Source of the DNA: Hypanus sabinus
Lineage: Eukaryota
Direction of reading: 5' to 3'
Assembly: GCF_030144855.1 (NCBI RefSeq)
Contig: NC_082714.1
Coordinates: 94,674,001-94,738,000, forward strand
Length of the DNA: 64,000 bases
Shown here: piece after piece, positions 52,306-64,000 of the stretch
Layout: every line of letters starts with the position of its first letter
How positions within the stretch are numbered: position 1 is the first letter of the stretch
Notes under the pieces: generated by a model
Told to the model about the DNA's origin: nothing
Database searches by the model: none
The model's input: the letters and a program-made list of their open reading frames with translations, nothing else
Position numbers and translations under genes: made by a program

Positions 52306-52314
52306 GGAGGGAGG
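52306..52314 (+). other. Polypurine tract
   Basis: GGAGGGAGG immediately before the 3' LTR. Confidence 0.75.
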
Positions 52315-54665
52315 TGTTACGTACCCGTGACACGTGACAGTGGCACCCTTGTCACGTGACTGAGGTTGAAGCTGTACTGGACTTGAGGTAATGGTCTTGT
52401 GATGATGGAGTGACATCATTTTCCCGCCAGTAGAGGTCATGTGACAGGTTTTTTTTTACAGGGTATAAAAGGAGAACCCCTCCCTGTGAGGAGGGGCAGT
52501 TCGTGGCTGGATTTGCCATGGTGACTTCATGCCACTGCGTGATTTAATGTTTTGACGCAGTTTAGTTGAAAGATGAAATTTTATCTAATGCCTAAAGTTT
52601 AAAAGGTCATTGCCAGCAGTTTCTTTACAATACTGCTAGTTAAGAATAAGTGGAGAGTGAAGTTCGGAGTTCGGGAGATAGAAGATCGAGGAGAAACGAT
52701 TTCGACGGTGAAACGGGTTCGGCCTTGTTTGATCCTTATTCGGAAGGAATTCGTTGACTGTTCTCGTGTTAATCTCTGCGAAATAGCAGAAAAGATCGAG
52801 GACAGTGTTTTAAAGGAAAGGTCAGTGCCTTTAAACCGTTTCGTTTCATAAATTCTTCGTGGGAAAAGTTCGATTTGGGAACCGAAACAACACGACGTGA
52901 AAGAGAATTTAAATCGTCTTATAAAGCCTCTCCCTTAAATGGACTGTGAGCATTTTGAACTTTTGGCAATACTACTTTAAAGAACTGTTCTTGCAACATC
53001 GCTTTAAGAACTGTTTTAGCTTCATTGCTTTAAGAACTGTTTAAGCTGCCGCACAGCAGCTGATTTCCGGTTACGTTAGTGATTTGTTTACTTTTGGGGG
53101 GTTTGTTTTCAGTGTTTAATAAACATGTTATTTATTATAAAAACCCTTGCCTAATTCATATATTTATTGTTGCCTGAATCCGTAACAATAATAAATTTTA
53201 TTTGAACTTTGATCTATGGACTGCATTCCTCCCCCTACGCTTTAATGAATGTTCATATTTTGCCTGGTAGTTTCCAAATTTTCAAATGAATTGAATGATC
53301 CACTCACGTTTAAGAGGCATTTAGCTCTTTGGCTATGTTCCCTCTCCTGCCACCGGGTAGGATGCTCCTAGGGACAAGCGATGAAAGTTTCTCTCTCCTT
53401 TCTTCTTCAAATATCTTGTGAGATGAAGTTACACACCGACCGTGGCTGCACACTACTGCCAGCTAATTTTCACGTAGAATTTTGAGCTGCTCTTCACTCC
53501 AGCTCTCTACGCCTACAGATTACATTGGCTGTACAGATCACCTGACCGAACATTTAAAAAAGATCACTCTATTCAACTTCAATCATTCCAATCAGTCCAT
53601 TTTAATCAGCATGCAGGGCCTGTTTCTGGAGTGTAGTGCTCAATGGCTACTATTGTATGGTCTGTTCCGGTTTATGGTCTATGGATGTAAATGCTGCTTT
53701 GGCTCACAGCAAAAAGCGCTATGAAACACTGTGCTACTATCAAATACACGGTCAGCAGTCTGAGCACAATTGTTTTCTGGAGCGATTCCCTGCACGATAT
53801 TCTATACTGCACCACAACCGGAAGTTCTTTGGATAGTTCAGATTATCAATACAGAATAAAGGCACATTAAAAGAACCGGCGCTCATTTCGTGGCCTTATT
53901 CTTCGAAAGTTAAAGTCACAGGCTCCGACAAACAGCAAATGTGTACTACTGCACTTACATCCACTTGGAAAAACGAATTAGCCAATGTAGGCATCACACG
54001 TTCTTTATCAGAATCAAAATCAGCGTCAGCTTTAATGTCAATGGCATACGCTGTGAAATTTGTTGTTTTGCAGCAGCTATACATTGAGGTATATAAGGAA
54101 ACGAAAATCTTTAAATTATCATACCATATATATAAGTTGTTCAGACAGAGGGGAACCTCGTGGAGTTATCGTATAGCCTTTGCGATGCAGTGAGTTATGA
54201 GGATTTACGGGAGACAAGCATCTTTCCGGACGCAGGGATAAAAAGACGAATTTTGATAGAAGAGTATGAAATAAATGCATATTTCCATATGTATGTAAAA
54301 CATCCACTTCATATTCAGAAACCAGGAGAAAGAGATTGAATGCGCTGGGAGAAAGTGAACAGGCAGGATAAGAGGAAAGAGTGTTTACATTCATCAGGGA
54401 GCGTGGTGATTCCATTGCACCGACTGCTTCAGGGTAATGTGGATCCAGGCTTAACTGCTTTTTTTAAGAGTAAGTTAAATAGATCCGTTGAGCTCGCATT
54501 ATGTTACGGGTATACGGGAAGTATTTCATACATTAAACCTACACCTCTTCAGTTTCGGGGATTACTTTTCTTAATTAAACACGAAATGATGTGGCGGAAA
54601 AACGGAAAAGGCTCAGCTTGCGTTTTTTCGGGGACAATTTGTAACATTTTGTAAAGTTAAATAGC

Positions 54666-54810
54666 NNNNNNNNNNNNNNNNNNNNNNNNNNNNNNNNNNN
54701 NNNNNNNNNNNNNNNNNNNNNNNNNNNNNNNNNNNNNNNNNNNNNNNNNNNNNNNNNNNNNNNNNNNNNNNNNNNNNNNNNNNNNNNNNNNNNNNNNNNN
54801 NNNNNNNNNN
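54666..54810. other. Assembly gap (N run)
   Basis: Run of N. Confidence 1.
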
Positions 54811-55329
54811 TTCTGGCGGTGGACGTGAGATTATCGGGTAATCTGGTGATTGCAACTGTCTATCTTGTTCCACAACTGTCTGGCACAGATTCAGTGTATT
54901 ACTTGTCCCCCTCTTTTCTTGATTTGGTATATCCATTCTATTTTCATGACGCATAAGTCCATTATCTTTTAAATCCTAATCGTAATTAGGCAAACGGTAA
55001 AATGCAGATGAATTAATGTGCTTTCTGTGAGGGCTGTGGATTGGTAGACCATACATTGAACCAAGATCATGTGGTCAAAAGAATCGGTGCGCATTGAGTC
55101 GACTGCATTGGGGTAAATGTTGTTATGTTTCTCGCGAGCTAAGCTGATAATGTCTTCTCAGCCAATTTCACTAAAATACCAGTGCAGTATACTTGTTATG
55201 TAAAGATATAATTTCAGCTGTATCTCATCATGTCGTTCATTAGTACAAAGCTCCATCGCAGCAAAGAATGTAGGTCTTCTCTCTTCAGCGCTGCTGAATC
55301 TGTACTGGCTTGCAAGGACTTTCTCAGGC

Positions 55330-55630
55330 GCTGGAGCCTGACGATCAATACTGGTATATCATAGACTGACAGAACTTAAAGAACTCACAATGCTTCACAA
55401 AGCCTCCAGAAAATGGTCGACACAACCCAGTGCATCACTGGCAAAATCATCCCCACCAATGGAGCTCTGCGACAAGGAAGCAACATCAATCATTAAAGTC
55501 CCCCAACCATCCAGTTCATGCTCCCTTCTCGCTACAACCATCAGACAGGAGGCACAGACGTGTTAAATCTATTTTCACCCAGTTGAGAAACAGTTATTAC
55601 TATTCAACCATCGGACAACTGAAGCAGCGT
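55330..55630 (+). mobile_element. Rex1/Babar LINE 3' remnant
   Basis: KSPNHPVHAPFSLQPSDRRHRRVKS...LRNSYY matches the HP.H.LF..LPSGRRY..NSF motif. Confidence 0.6.
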
Positions 55631-58494
55631 GGATAACTTTAATTGCCCCGATTCTGACTTGATTCTACAACCAAAAGAATCATTTTTAGAGTCTTTACAA
55701 CTCCTGGCTTCAGTGTAGATTTCATAAATCGATTGGACTTCCATATTTTCTTGTAAATTCTTGTAAGAAAATGAATCCCAATGTAATTGATGATAACAAA
55801 TGCACTTTGACCTTGACTAATGCAGATCTCCCACAAGACTAACTGGTTCCCGTCACGTGACCAGATTCTGGTCAACTATAATTGGTAAATAATGTCACTA
55901 TTATTTCAGTTATGACCAAAACAAACCAAAAATCATTTGAAAATTAAAGTGAATCTCAGCAACCTGACCAGCAGGAAATTAACATGGAATTATAGCGAAA
56001 CTGTAACGGGGATTCACTGCATGTAGCTTCACTGATACATCTCGTGTTTAACGAAAATGATTTAAAACTCGTCTCTTGCTCTTTTCTGATTCAGCAGCAG
56101 GAGCTACCCACAAGCAAATAATGCACTATGCACGTGTTTAAAGTTGCAAGAATTTACTTTACTGGTCTTAGAAGAATAAAATACAGACCGTAACTAATTA
56201 ATAAAGTCGTTGAAGAGACAAAATATTATTCATTAAAGAATCACTAAGCCGCTCACAAAATATACTGCCGAATGAACTGCAAGTGCCCGACAGCTTCTTT
56301 TTCTCTCTTTCCCTCTCTCAGGCATATGATTCTATCTCCAACTCTTAGCACTCGTCGTGAGTGAGCCGAACAGAAGTTTACCACTTGCACAAAGAAATTG
56401 CCAATTACACCCTTATAGATTCCATCAAAGATCTATCATAACATTTATCCCAGTACTTTTCCAGACAAGTTGAGTTCTCACAATAATCTACTCTCAGGGG
56501 CACAAACTGGTACTCACAGTAACTTCTAAGAATTTCAAGTCCAAGTTTAAATGTCATCTGGGTATAGACGAGTCCAGCCAAATGAAACTGTTTACATCTG
56601 GAGCAAGGTGCAAAACACGGTACCAACAGTCACACACAGCACACAGCACACCGGGCACATTCAATTTTGATTCTATCAAAGGTATAACGGTTCAAAAATA
56701 ATTTAAAATCTAATATAGCCCTGGTTCTTTTTCAGAGAATTAATTACGACAGCCTACGCAAAACTTTCTCCATTACCGTTAAGATCCTCCTTACTCGGAA
56801 ACTTTAGACCAATGCAGTATTTTTTTCTCATGTACGCACTCACCAGGGCCCTGTATTATAGCTCTTTGCTCGAATACTCAACTAACATAGTGTTCTGCAA
56901 CCTTCTGCTTTACTACTTGTATTACATCTGATTAACGTTCAGAGATCTGTATACAAGCGCACAAAGGTCGTTTCGAATCCACTTGTGTCACTACACAAAA
57001 ACACTGAAGTTGTGTTCTCTCTCTGAAAAGGTAAACGTCCTCTCGTTTTCGTGAATTTAATCTCACGAAATTTATATATCCCTTCAATATATCCCTACCG
57101 AACTTCAGCCTTCTCTGAACCGACCCAGAATGCGGATTGATTTTGTCCCTATAAACAGTTCTGGACTCATTGCACTTCACTCGATCACCCTAATATTTGA
57201 AATAGATTGTGCACAACTGAGAGCTATTTCTGTGGCATTCTCTTCAGTACGATTGAAAATGGATGACAGAAAGTTGCCATGCACTGTATCATTTACTCTT
57301 CATATTTTTTATACTCTTACAGATTTATAGAAAATGTTTTATTTATATAAATCGCGAACATGAGCTCTTTGATTGCTGTTCTCCTTACGTCCTATTATTG
57401 CACCCTTAAGATATTCCAACATTCCGCATAAAATTTCTGTCAAAATAAATATACTCCTTTCAACCTGACGCTCTCTGGATCTGTCTCTTTCCGTGTCTCT
57501 GTCTCTCTATGTCTGTCTATCCCTCACTCTCTCTCTCTCTCTCCATTGTTCTGTTTCTCCCTTTTCCAATTTATTGATTCCACTTTTGAGAATTATGTTC
57601 ATAATTTATTTGGCCGACACTATCACCATTTCCCCACATCTGTGACCATTTAAAATGGTCTATTTACGTTGATCAATGGCTTTGCACATATTTTTTTCTT
57701 ACCATTTTACTTTTGAAAGCCTAGATTCTTACTGAACATTGTGACCTTTATAACTTCGGTTGTGAAGGTAGTGAAATCTGTGTAAATTAGGGTTGATTAA
57801 CTCAAATGTCTCTCTCCTAAACCTGGAGATTATGGATGCAATCATTTCAATGTATCCTTATGTGGGGAACACTGCGACGGAAATCAATCATGTTTACGTT
57901 TCTTTCACTCGTTCCAACATATGCGTGCCTTTCAGGAAGTGGAGAATTCAATTTACGATCATTCATAACTGTGTTCTGTCCAGGACTCGAAATGGACAGG
58001 TATATATGGAAGTGGTCATTTGGTGAAATTCGTTCCCACAGATAGACCAAGTCATTTGGTGCATTATGAAAGACATTGGAAACTGGCTTAAGAAGAAGGC
58101 AGGATATTGGGTTTTAAAAATACTATCAAATATAACAGAATGCCGAAGCAGACTCAATGAGTCGAATTTCCTAGTTATGCCTCTATATCCGATTTTCTGC
58201 TACAGTTGTCGGTAGACGTCAATGATTTTTTTCAGAAAACAGTATTCTCGATCAAATGGCCTCAGCTCACTCCTGCATCTTGTGACCTGATATAATTCCA
58301 GGAAGGCAGTATTCTTTGTTCAAATACCCTTGCACTAACTGTTGAGCAAAACCTGCTGCTTCTATATCACATACTCTGGTTCCATTATCCTTAGTGTATG
58401 TGGTGTGTGCTATCAACTCATGACAATTCATGAGACTTTATTTTATTTTCACGAATCTATATTGGCTCCGGCCCATTTCTACTGCTGTTTCCGT

Positions 58495-58690
58495 AGTCTC
58501 TCTCTCTCACTCTTTCTCTCTCCCCCCCCCCATCTCTCTTCACACCTGTCACTGCCTCTCACTGTTCCTCTTTCTCACTCTCTGCATCTCTCTCGATCTA
58601 TCTTTCTCTATCTCTTTCACGCCTTCTCTTATCTCTCTCCTCTCTCCCACTCTCACATTCTGTTATCTCGCTTTCTCTCTCCCTCTCTTT
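58495..58690. repeat. CT-rich low-complexity repeat
   Basis: Degenerate (CT)n. Confidence 0.8.
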
Positions 58691-58859
58691 GTACCCACAT
58701 GAGCGCACATATGTGATTGTGTTCCTATCTTTATTTATTAAAGATACACAAAGAGAATAATCTGTGAAAATTGGCGTAACACATGGATGGACATTGTATA
58801 ACCAACTCTCAGAGAACATTCTATCGCAAGTCTTCTGTACACAGCAATACCATTTGATA

Positions 58860-59880
58860 TTGGAGCAGAATTAGGCCATTTGGCCCATCGATTCGGTTGT
58901 GCCATTCAATCACGGCTCATCCCTTTATCGCCTCCACAGTCCCACTCCCCGGCGTCCCTCCCATAATTCAGTGCCGTGTCCAATCAAGAACCTATCAATC
59001 TCTGCCTTAAATATACCCAACGACCTGGCCTACATAGTTGCTTCTGATAGCAAATTTAATAAATTCACCACCCTCTGGTTAAATAAATTTCTCCTCATGA
59101 CTGTTTTATATGGACGACGCTCTATCATGAAGCTCTGCCCTCTGGTCTCCCTCACCATGGGAAACATCCTTTCCACAGCTGTTCGGTCCAGACCTTTCCA
59201 CATTCGAAAGGTTTCAATGAGATCCTTCATTATCCTTCTAAATGTCAACGTTTAGACACAGATCCATCAATGTCCTTGGTTCAATTCATTCACGGAATCA
59301 TCTTTCTGAACCCTCTCCAATGCTAGTACATCGATTCAGAGATGGGAGCCCAAAACTGTTCACAGTACTCAATGTCAGACCTCATCAGTGTCTTTTAAAG
59401 CCTCAGCATTACATCCCAGGTCTTGTATTCTAGACCTCTTGAAATGATTGGGAACATTGCATTTGCCTTTCACTCGACTGGCTCAAGCTGCATAACCGTT
59501 AGGGTGTTTTGCACAAGGACTCTCAAGTCATTTTGCATCTCAGAGATTTAGAGTTTCTTCCCTTATAGATAATATTTATTTTTACTACCAAAGTGCATGA
59601 CCACGTATTTTACAACATTGGATTTCATTTCACAATTTCATTCCCATTTGCACAATATGTCTAAGTTTTTCTGCAGCCTGTTTGTTTCCTCAACAGTATC
59701 TGCCACTTCACCAGTCTCCGTATCATCTGCAAACTTGGCAACCAAAGTAATTTATTCTATCATCTAATCTATTGATATACAGCAGAGCAATAAGCAGTAC
59801 CAACACCGACCCCCGCGGATCATCACTAGTCACAGGCAGCCAAGCAGAAAAGGATAATTTTATTCCCACCGGCTGCCTCC
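58860..59880 (-). mobile_element. CR1 LINE RT 3' end
   Basis: DLIETFRMWKGLDRTAVERMFPMV...RNLFNQRVVNL. Confidence 0.82.
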
Positions 59881-59884
59881 TACC

Positions 59885-61330
59885 GGAATCAGAATCAGGT
59901 TTATTATCATCGGCGTCTGACGTGCATTTTGATATCGTAGCAGAAGCAGTTCAATGCAATACATATTCCAGCAGAGAAATAATAATAAAATAAAAATATA
60001 ATAAATAAACAAGTAAATCAATTACGTATATTGAATAGATTAAAAATCGTGCAAAGAACAGAAATAATGTATTTTGAAAAATGTCAGGTAGTGTCTAAAG
60101 CTTTAATGTCCCTTTAGGAATCTGATGATAGAGGGGAGGAAACTGTTCCTGAATCGCTCAGTGTGTGCTTTTAGGCTTCTCTATCTCCTCTCTGATGGTA
60201 ACAGTGAGCAAAAAGCATTCCCTGTGTGCTGGAGGTCCTTGATAATGGACGCCGCCTTTCTAAGACATCGCTCCCGGTAGATGTCCTGGGAACGTTGTAA
60301 GCTTGTATCCAAGATGGAGCTGACTAGATTTACAACATTATGCACCTTCTATGCTCCTGTGCTGTTGCCACTCCATAACAGACAGCGTTGCAGCCTTTCG
60401 GAAAGCCCTCCACGGTACAACTAGAGAATTATTTGATTGCTGTTATTGACATCCCACACTCTCTTCAAACTCCGAATAAAGTATAGCGGCTGTATTGCCT
60501 TCTTTATAAATACATCGATATGTTGGGAGCAGGTAAGATCTTCAGAGTTCTTGACACCCAGGAACATGAAGCTGTTCACTCTCTCTACTTCTGATCCCTC
60601 AATGAAGATTAGTATGTGTTCCTTCGTCCTACCCTTCCTGAAGTCCAACTCTTTTGGCTTACTGCAGTTGAGGTCAGGTTGTTGCTGAGGCACCACTCCA
60701 CTAGTTGCCATATCTCACTCCTGTACGACCCCTCGTCACCACCTGGGATACTACTAAAAATGGTGGTATCGTCAGTAAAGTTATTGATGGTATTGCAACT
60801 ATAACTAGCCACACAGTCATGTGCATATAGAGATTAGAGTAGTGGGCTAAGCACAAACCCCTGAGGTGCGCCAGTATTGATCGTCAAAGAGGAGGATATG
60901 TTGCCGCAGAGATTAGGAAGTCGAGTATCCAATTGCAGAGGTACAGAGGCCCAGGTTCTGCAACCTCTCAAACAGGATTGTGGGAATGATGGTATTAAAT
61001 GCTGAGCTATAGTCAATGAACAGCATCCTGACGTAGGAGTTTGTGTTGGTCAGGTATTCTCAAGCCATGAGGAAAGCCATTGAGATTGCGTCTGCTGTTG
61101 ACCGATTGTGGTGATAGGCAAATTTCAAAAGGTTCAGGGCCTTACTGAGGCATGAGTTCAGTCTAGTCATGATCAACCTCACAAAGTTATTGATCACTTT
61201 ACCGGCCGATAGTCATTAATGAAGTTCACGTTATTATTCTTAGGCACTGGTATCATTGTTCCCTTTTTGAAGCGTGGGAACTACCGCCCATGGCAGTCAG
61301 AGGCTGAGATTGTCCTTGAATACTCCCGGT
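59885..61330 (-). mobile_element. Rex1/Babar LINE RT fragment
   Basis: INTGAPQGFVLSPLL, NNFTDDTTI and KPKELDFRKGR...VNSFMFLGV. Confidence 0.78.
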
Positions 61331-61539
61331 AGTTGGTTGGCACAGGTTTTCAGAGCCTTACCAGTGCTCCATCGGGACCTTCCGCCTTGCAAGGATTCAC
61401 TCTCTTTAAAGACAGCCTAAAGTCGGCCTCTGAGACGGAGGTCATAGGGTCATCAGATGCAGCAGGGATCTTTACCTTTGAAGCGTGCATGGAAGGCGTT
61501 GAGTTTATCTGGTCGTCAAGCCATTCATGACGTTGTGTT

Positions 61540-63420
61540 TCGCTTCAATTAGCCAATACTCCCACTATGCCAATAACTTTCCTCTAACACTGTGGCTCTT
61601 GACTTGATAGGTAGTTTAATGCGTGGAACTTTGTCAAAGGCCTTCTGAAAAACCAAATATGAAGATCCACTGCGTCCCTTTTATCTATCATACTTGTAAT
61701 CACTTCAATGAATTCCAACAGGTTCGACAGTCAAGACTTTCCCTGAAGGAGGCCACATCTTCTCAACCACTGACGTCAGGCGAACTGAATCTAAAATTTC
61801 TTTTCTGCTGTCTTCCACCTTCTGTAAAGAGTGGAATGACATTTGCAATGTTCCAGTCCCCTGGCACCATCACCGAGACCAATGATTTCTCGAAGATCAT
61901 TATTAATGGCGCCGAACAATCTTCCACTACCTCTTTCAGATTCCTAGACTGCAGTTCATCTGCACCTGGAGACATGTACCTTGAGATCTTTAGATTTCTG
62001 AACACCTTCCCACTTGTAATGTGCACTTGTCACTTCTTTTGCCTCACACCATTTAAGATGTGACACAAAGCTAGTATCAGACACAGCGAACACATGTGCA
62101 AAATCGTTATTTAGCTAATCTGCCATCTCTTTCTTCTCGATGATTCATTCTCCCGCCTTGTTTTCTAGCGGTCCGATATCCACTCTTATCTTTTTTGTTT
62201 AAATATTTGAAAAAAAACTTTTACTATCCTCCTCGATATTGTTTTCTAGCTTGCTTTTATTTTTAGTCTTCTCCCTCCTATCGATTTGGCTGCTCTATTT
62301 ATACTTTAGTAGCTTCCCATCCTCTACCATCCCGGAACTACTCGCTTTGTTTTATGCCCTCTCTTTTGCTTTTACATTAGTTTTGACCTCCCTTGACAGG
62401 CACGGTTGTACCATTGTGCCATTTGAATACTTTCTTGTCTTTGGAAGGCATCTATCCTGTACCGTTCTCACTTATCCAGTAAGTCACTCCATTGCTGCTC
62501 TGCTGTCATCCCTGTCAGCATCTCCTTCTAACTTACTCTGGCCAACTCTCAGACTACTGTAATTTAATTTACTCCACCGAAATAGAGTTGCATAGGGTTT
62601 AGTTCCTCCCAGTCAAATTTGAAGCTGAACTCAGCCATGTTTTGATCACTGTCTTCTAACGGTTCTTTTAGCTTGAGCTCCGTAGTCGCCTGCGCTCTAT
62701 TACATAACACCCAATCCAGTGTAGCAGTTCAACGACAAACTGCTCTAAAGAGCCATCTAGTAGGCATTGAACAAACCTATTCCCTTTAGATCCATTACCA
62801 ACCTGATTTTCCCAGTCGATCTGCATGTTGAAAACCCCATGGCTATCATAACATTGCCCATTTGACGTGCCTTTCTTCCTTCCAGTTGTAATCCGTGCTC
62901 CACATCCCAGTTACTGTTGGGAGGCCAATGCAGCTGCCATCAGGGTCAATTCACCCTCACCCAATTTCTCAATTCAATCTGCAAGGGCTCAAGAACTCCC
63001 GATCCTATGTGTCATTGTCCTACTGATTTGAATGTATTATTTATTAGCAGAGCCACGCCACTCCCTTTGCCTATCTCTGTATCAACGTGTAACCTTGGAT
63101 ATTCAGATCCTAACTACAACTATTCTTCACCCATGTTTCAGTGATGATCACGACCTTTTCTGACAATTTGTAATAGTGTCACAAGATCATAAATTCAAAT
63201 TCTTATCCTTCGTGCATTGATATATAACAGTTTGACTACTGCATTTGCTACCCTTTTTGATTCTGCATTCCTAATGCAATGATACTTAGCCAGTTGGCCA
63301 CTATTTTTTCTATCTGCTGTCTGCCCTTCGTGATAGTCAGACTGCACGCTATCGTTGCATTTTGACTCTCCATGTTATGCCCCTTCCATTTACAGCAGTT
63401 CACACCTGTTGTCGAATTAA
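61540..63420 (-). mobile_element. CR1 LINE fragment (EN to RT N-terminus)
   Basis: YMSPGADELQSRNLKE...VPGDWNIANVIPLFTEG. Confidence 0.75.
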
Positions 63421-64000
63421 TTTAATCCTTACTAAACAGCACTACCAAACCTGCCTGCAAGAATATTGGTCCCCTTCGGGGTACCCCAAATAAAAAAAAT
63501 ACATTACATTTCACCCGCTATATATTGTCCTTCAAACAAAGTTTATACTAAAGCCAATTTTATCAAGCACTTTGTGGCCCTGTTGTTCAACATGTCTGTG
63601 AGGTTTACGAGTCCTTGCTTTTATCAAGGCCAATACAGTACATTTGTTTGTTCTGTCTGTCATTAATGCAGAAGTGAGGATCAAATGTTAAAAATGAAGT
63701 TTGTTGAGAGAACATTTGGAGTATTATTTGTCGCCATTCTTCAAGAAAAAAATGTCAATAAGCTTCAAGGACTACAGACAAAATTTACAAGGACGTTTCC
63801 AGACTTGAGGATCTGAGTCATTGTAAAGGATTATATTCTCTCGAGCGTAGGTGAATAAAGTGGTATTTGATATGGTACTGAAAGGTATGAGCAGTTATAC
63901 ATATGGTAAATGCAAGCGGACTTTTTCCACTGAGTTTGGGTGGGACTTGAACCAGAGGTCCTGGATTATGAGTCATAATGTTGCACAAGGAGACAATGAG

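Larger units (their letters stand above)
46614..53187 (+). mobile_element. Full-length Gmr1-like Ty3/Gypsy LTR retrotransposon (decayed ORFs)
   Basis: 5' LTR 46614-47485 and 3' LTR 52315-53187, both TG...CA. The TSD ATAA is at 46610-46613 and 53188-53191. Domain order is gag-PR-IN-RT-RH. Confidence 0.93.

Noticed and set aside
57793-58050. Overlapping short ORFs with faint Ig-like words
   Set aside because: No conserved Cys/Trp spacing, and the region runs into a CR1 remnant.
1-64000. CRISPR arrays, rRNA or tRNA genes
   Set aside because: None seen. This is eukaryotic DNA, and the tRNA-like stretch near 36190-36260 looks like a decayed SINE head.

Overview
Vertebrate genomic DNA, very likely a cartilaginous fish and probably a ray (inferred from the repeat families and the Ig light-chain type). 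Most of it is decayed retroelements: CR1, Rex1/Babar, L1, Penelope and Ty3/Gypsy. It has two assembly gaps and two immune loci. (1) On the + strand, an apparently intact six-exon gene (4972-15513, 317 aa by my splice model) encodes a non-rearranging, antigen-receptor-like protein. Its parts are a leader, a germline-joined V-J domain (YYC...FGNGTKL, no RSS), a C1 domain, a Cys-bearing stalk, an uncharged TM segment and a tail with an ITSM (TTYAIV). A perfect NF-kB site lies about 120 bp upstream of the ATG. This architecture matches the PRARP/VJ-C1 class. (2) On the - strand about 20 kb downstream and convergent with it, there is a germline-joined Ig light-chain L-VJ-C pseudogene (35399-37670), most like sigma-cart/type I. 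The main mobile-element features are a full-length Gmr1-like Gypsy (PR-IN-RT-RH order, 4-bp TSD), a related solo LTR and a second L1 both nested inside one L1, and a fold-back Penelope insertion bounded by a 15-bp TSD. Splice models were read by hand. Family assignments come from recalled motifs and not from database searches. Boundaries of decayed repeats are approximate.
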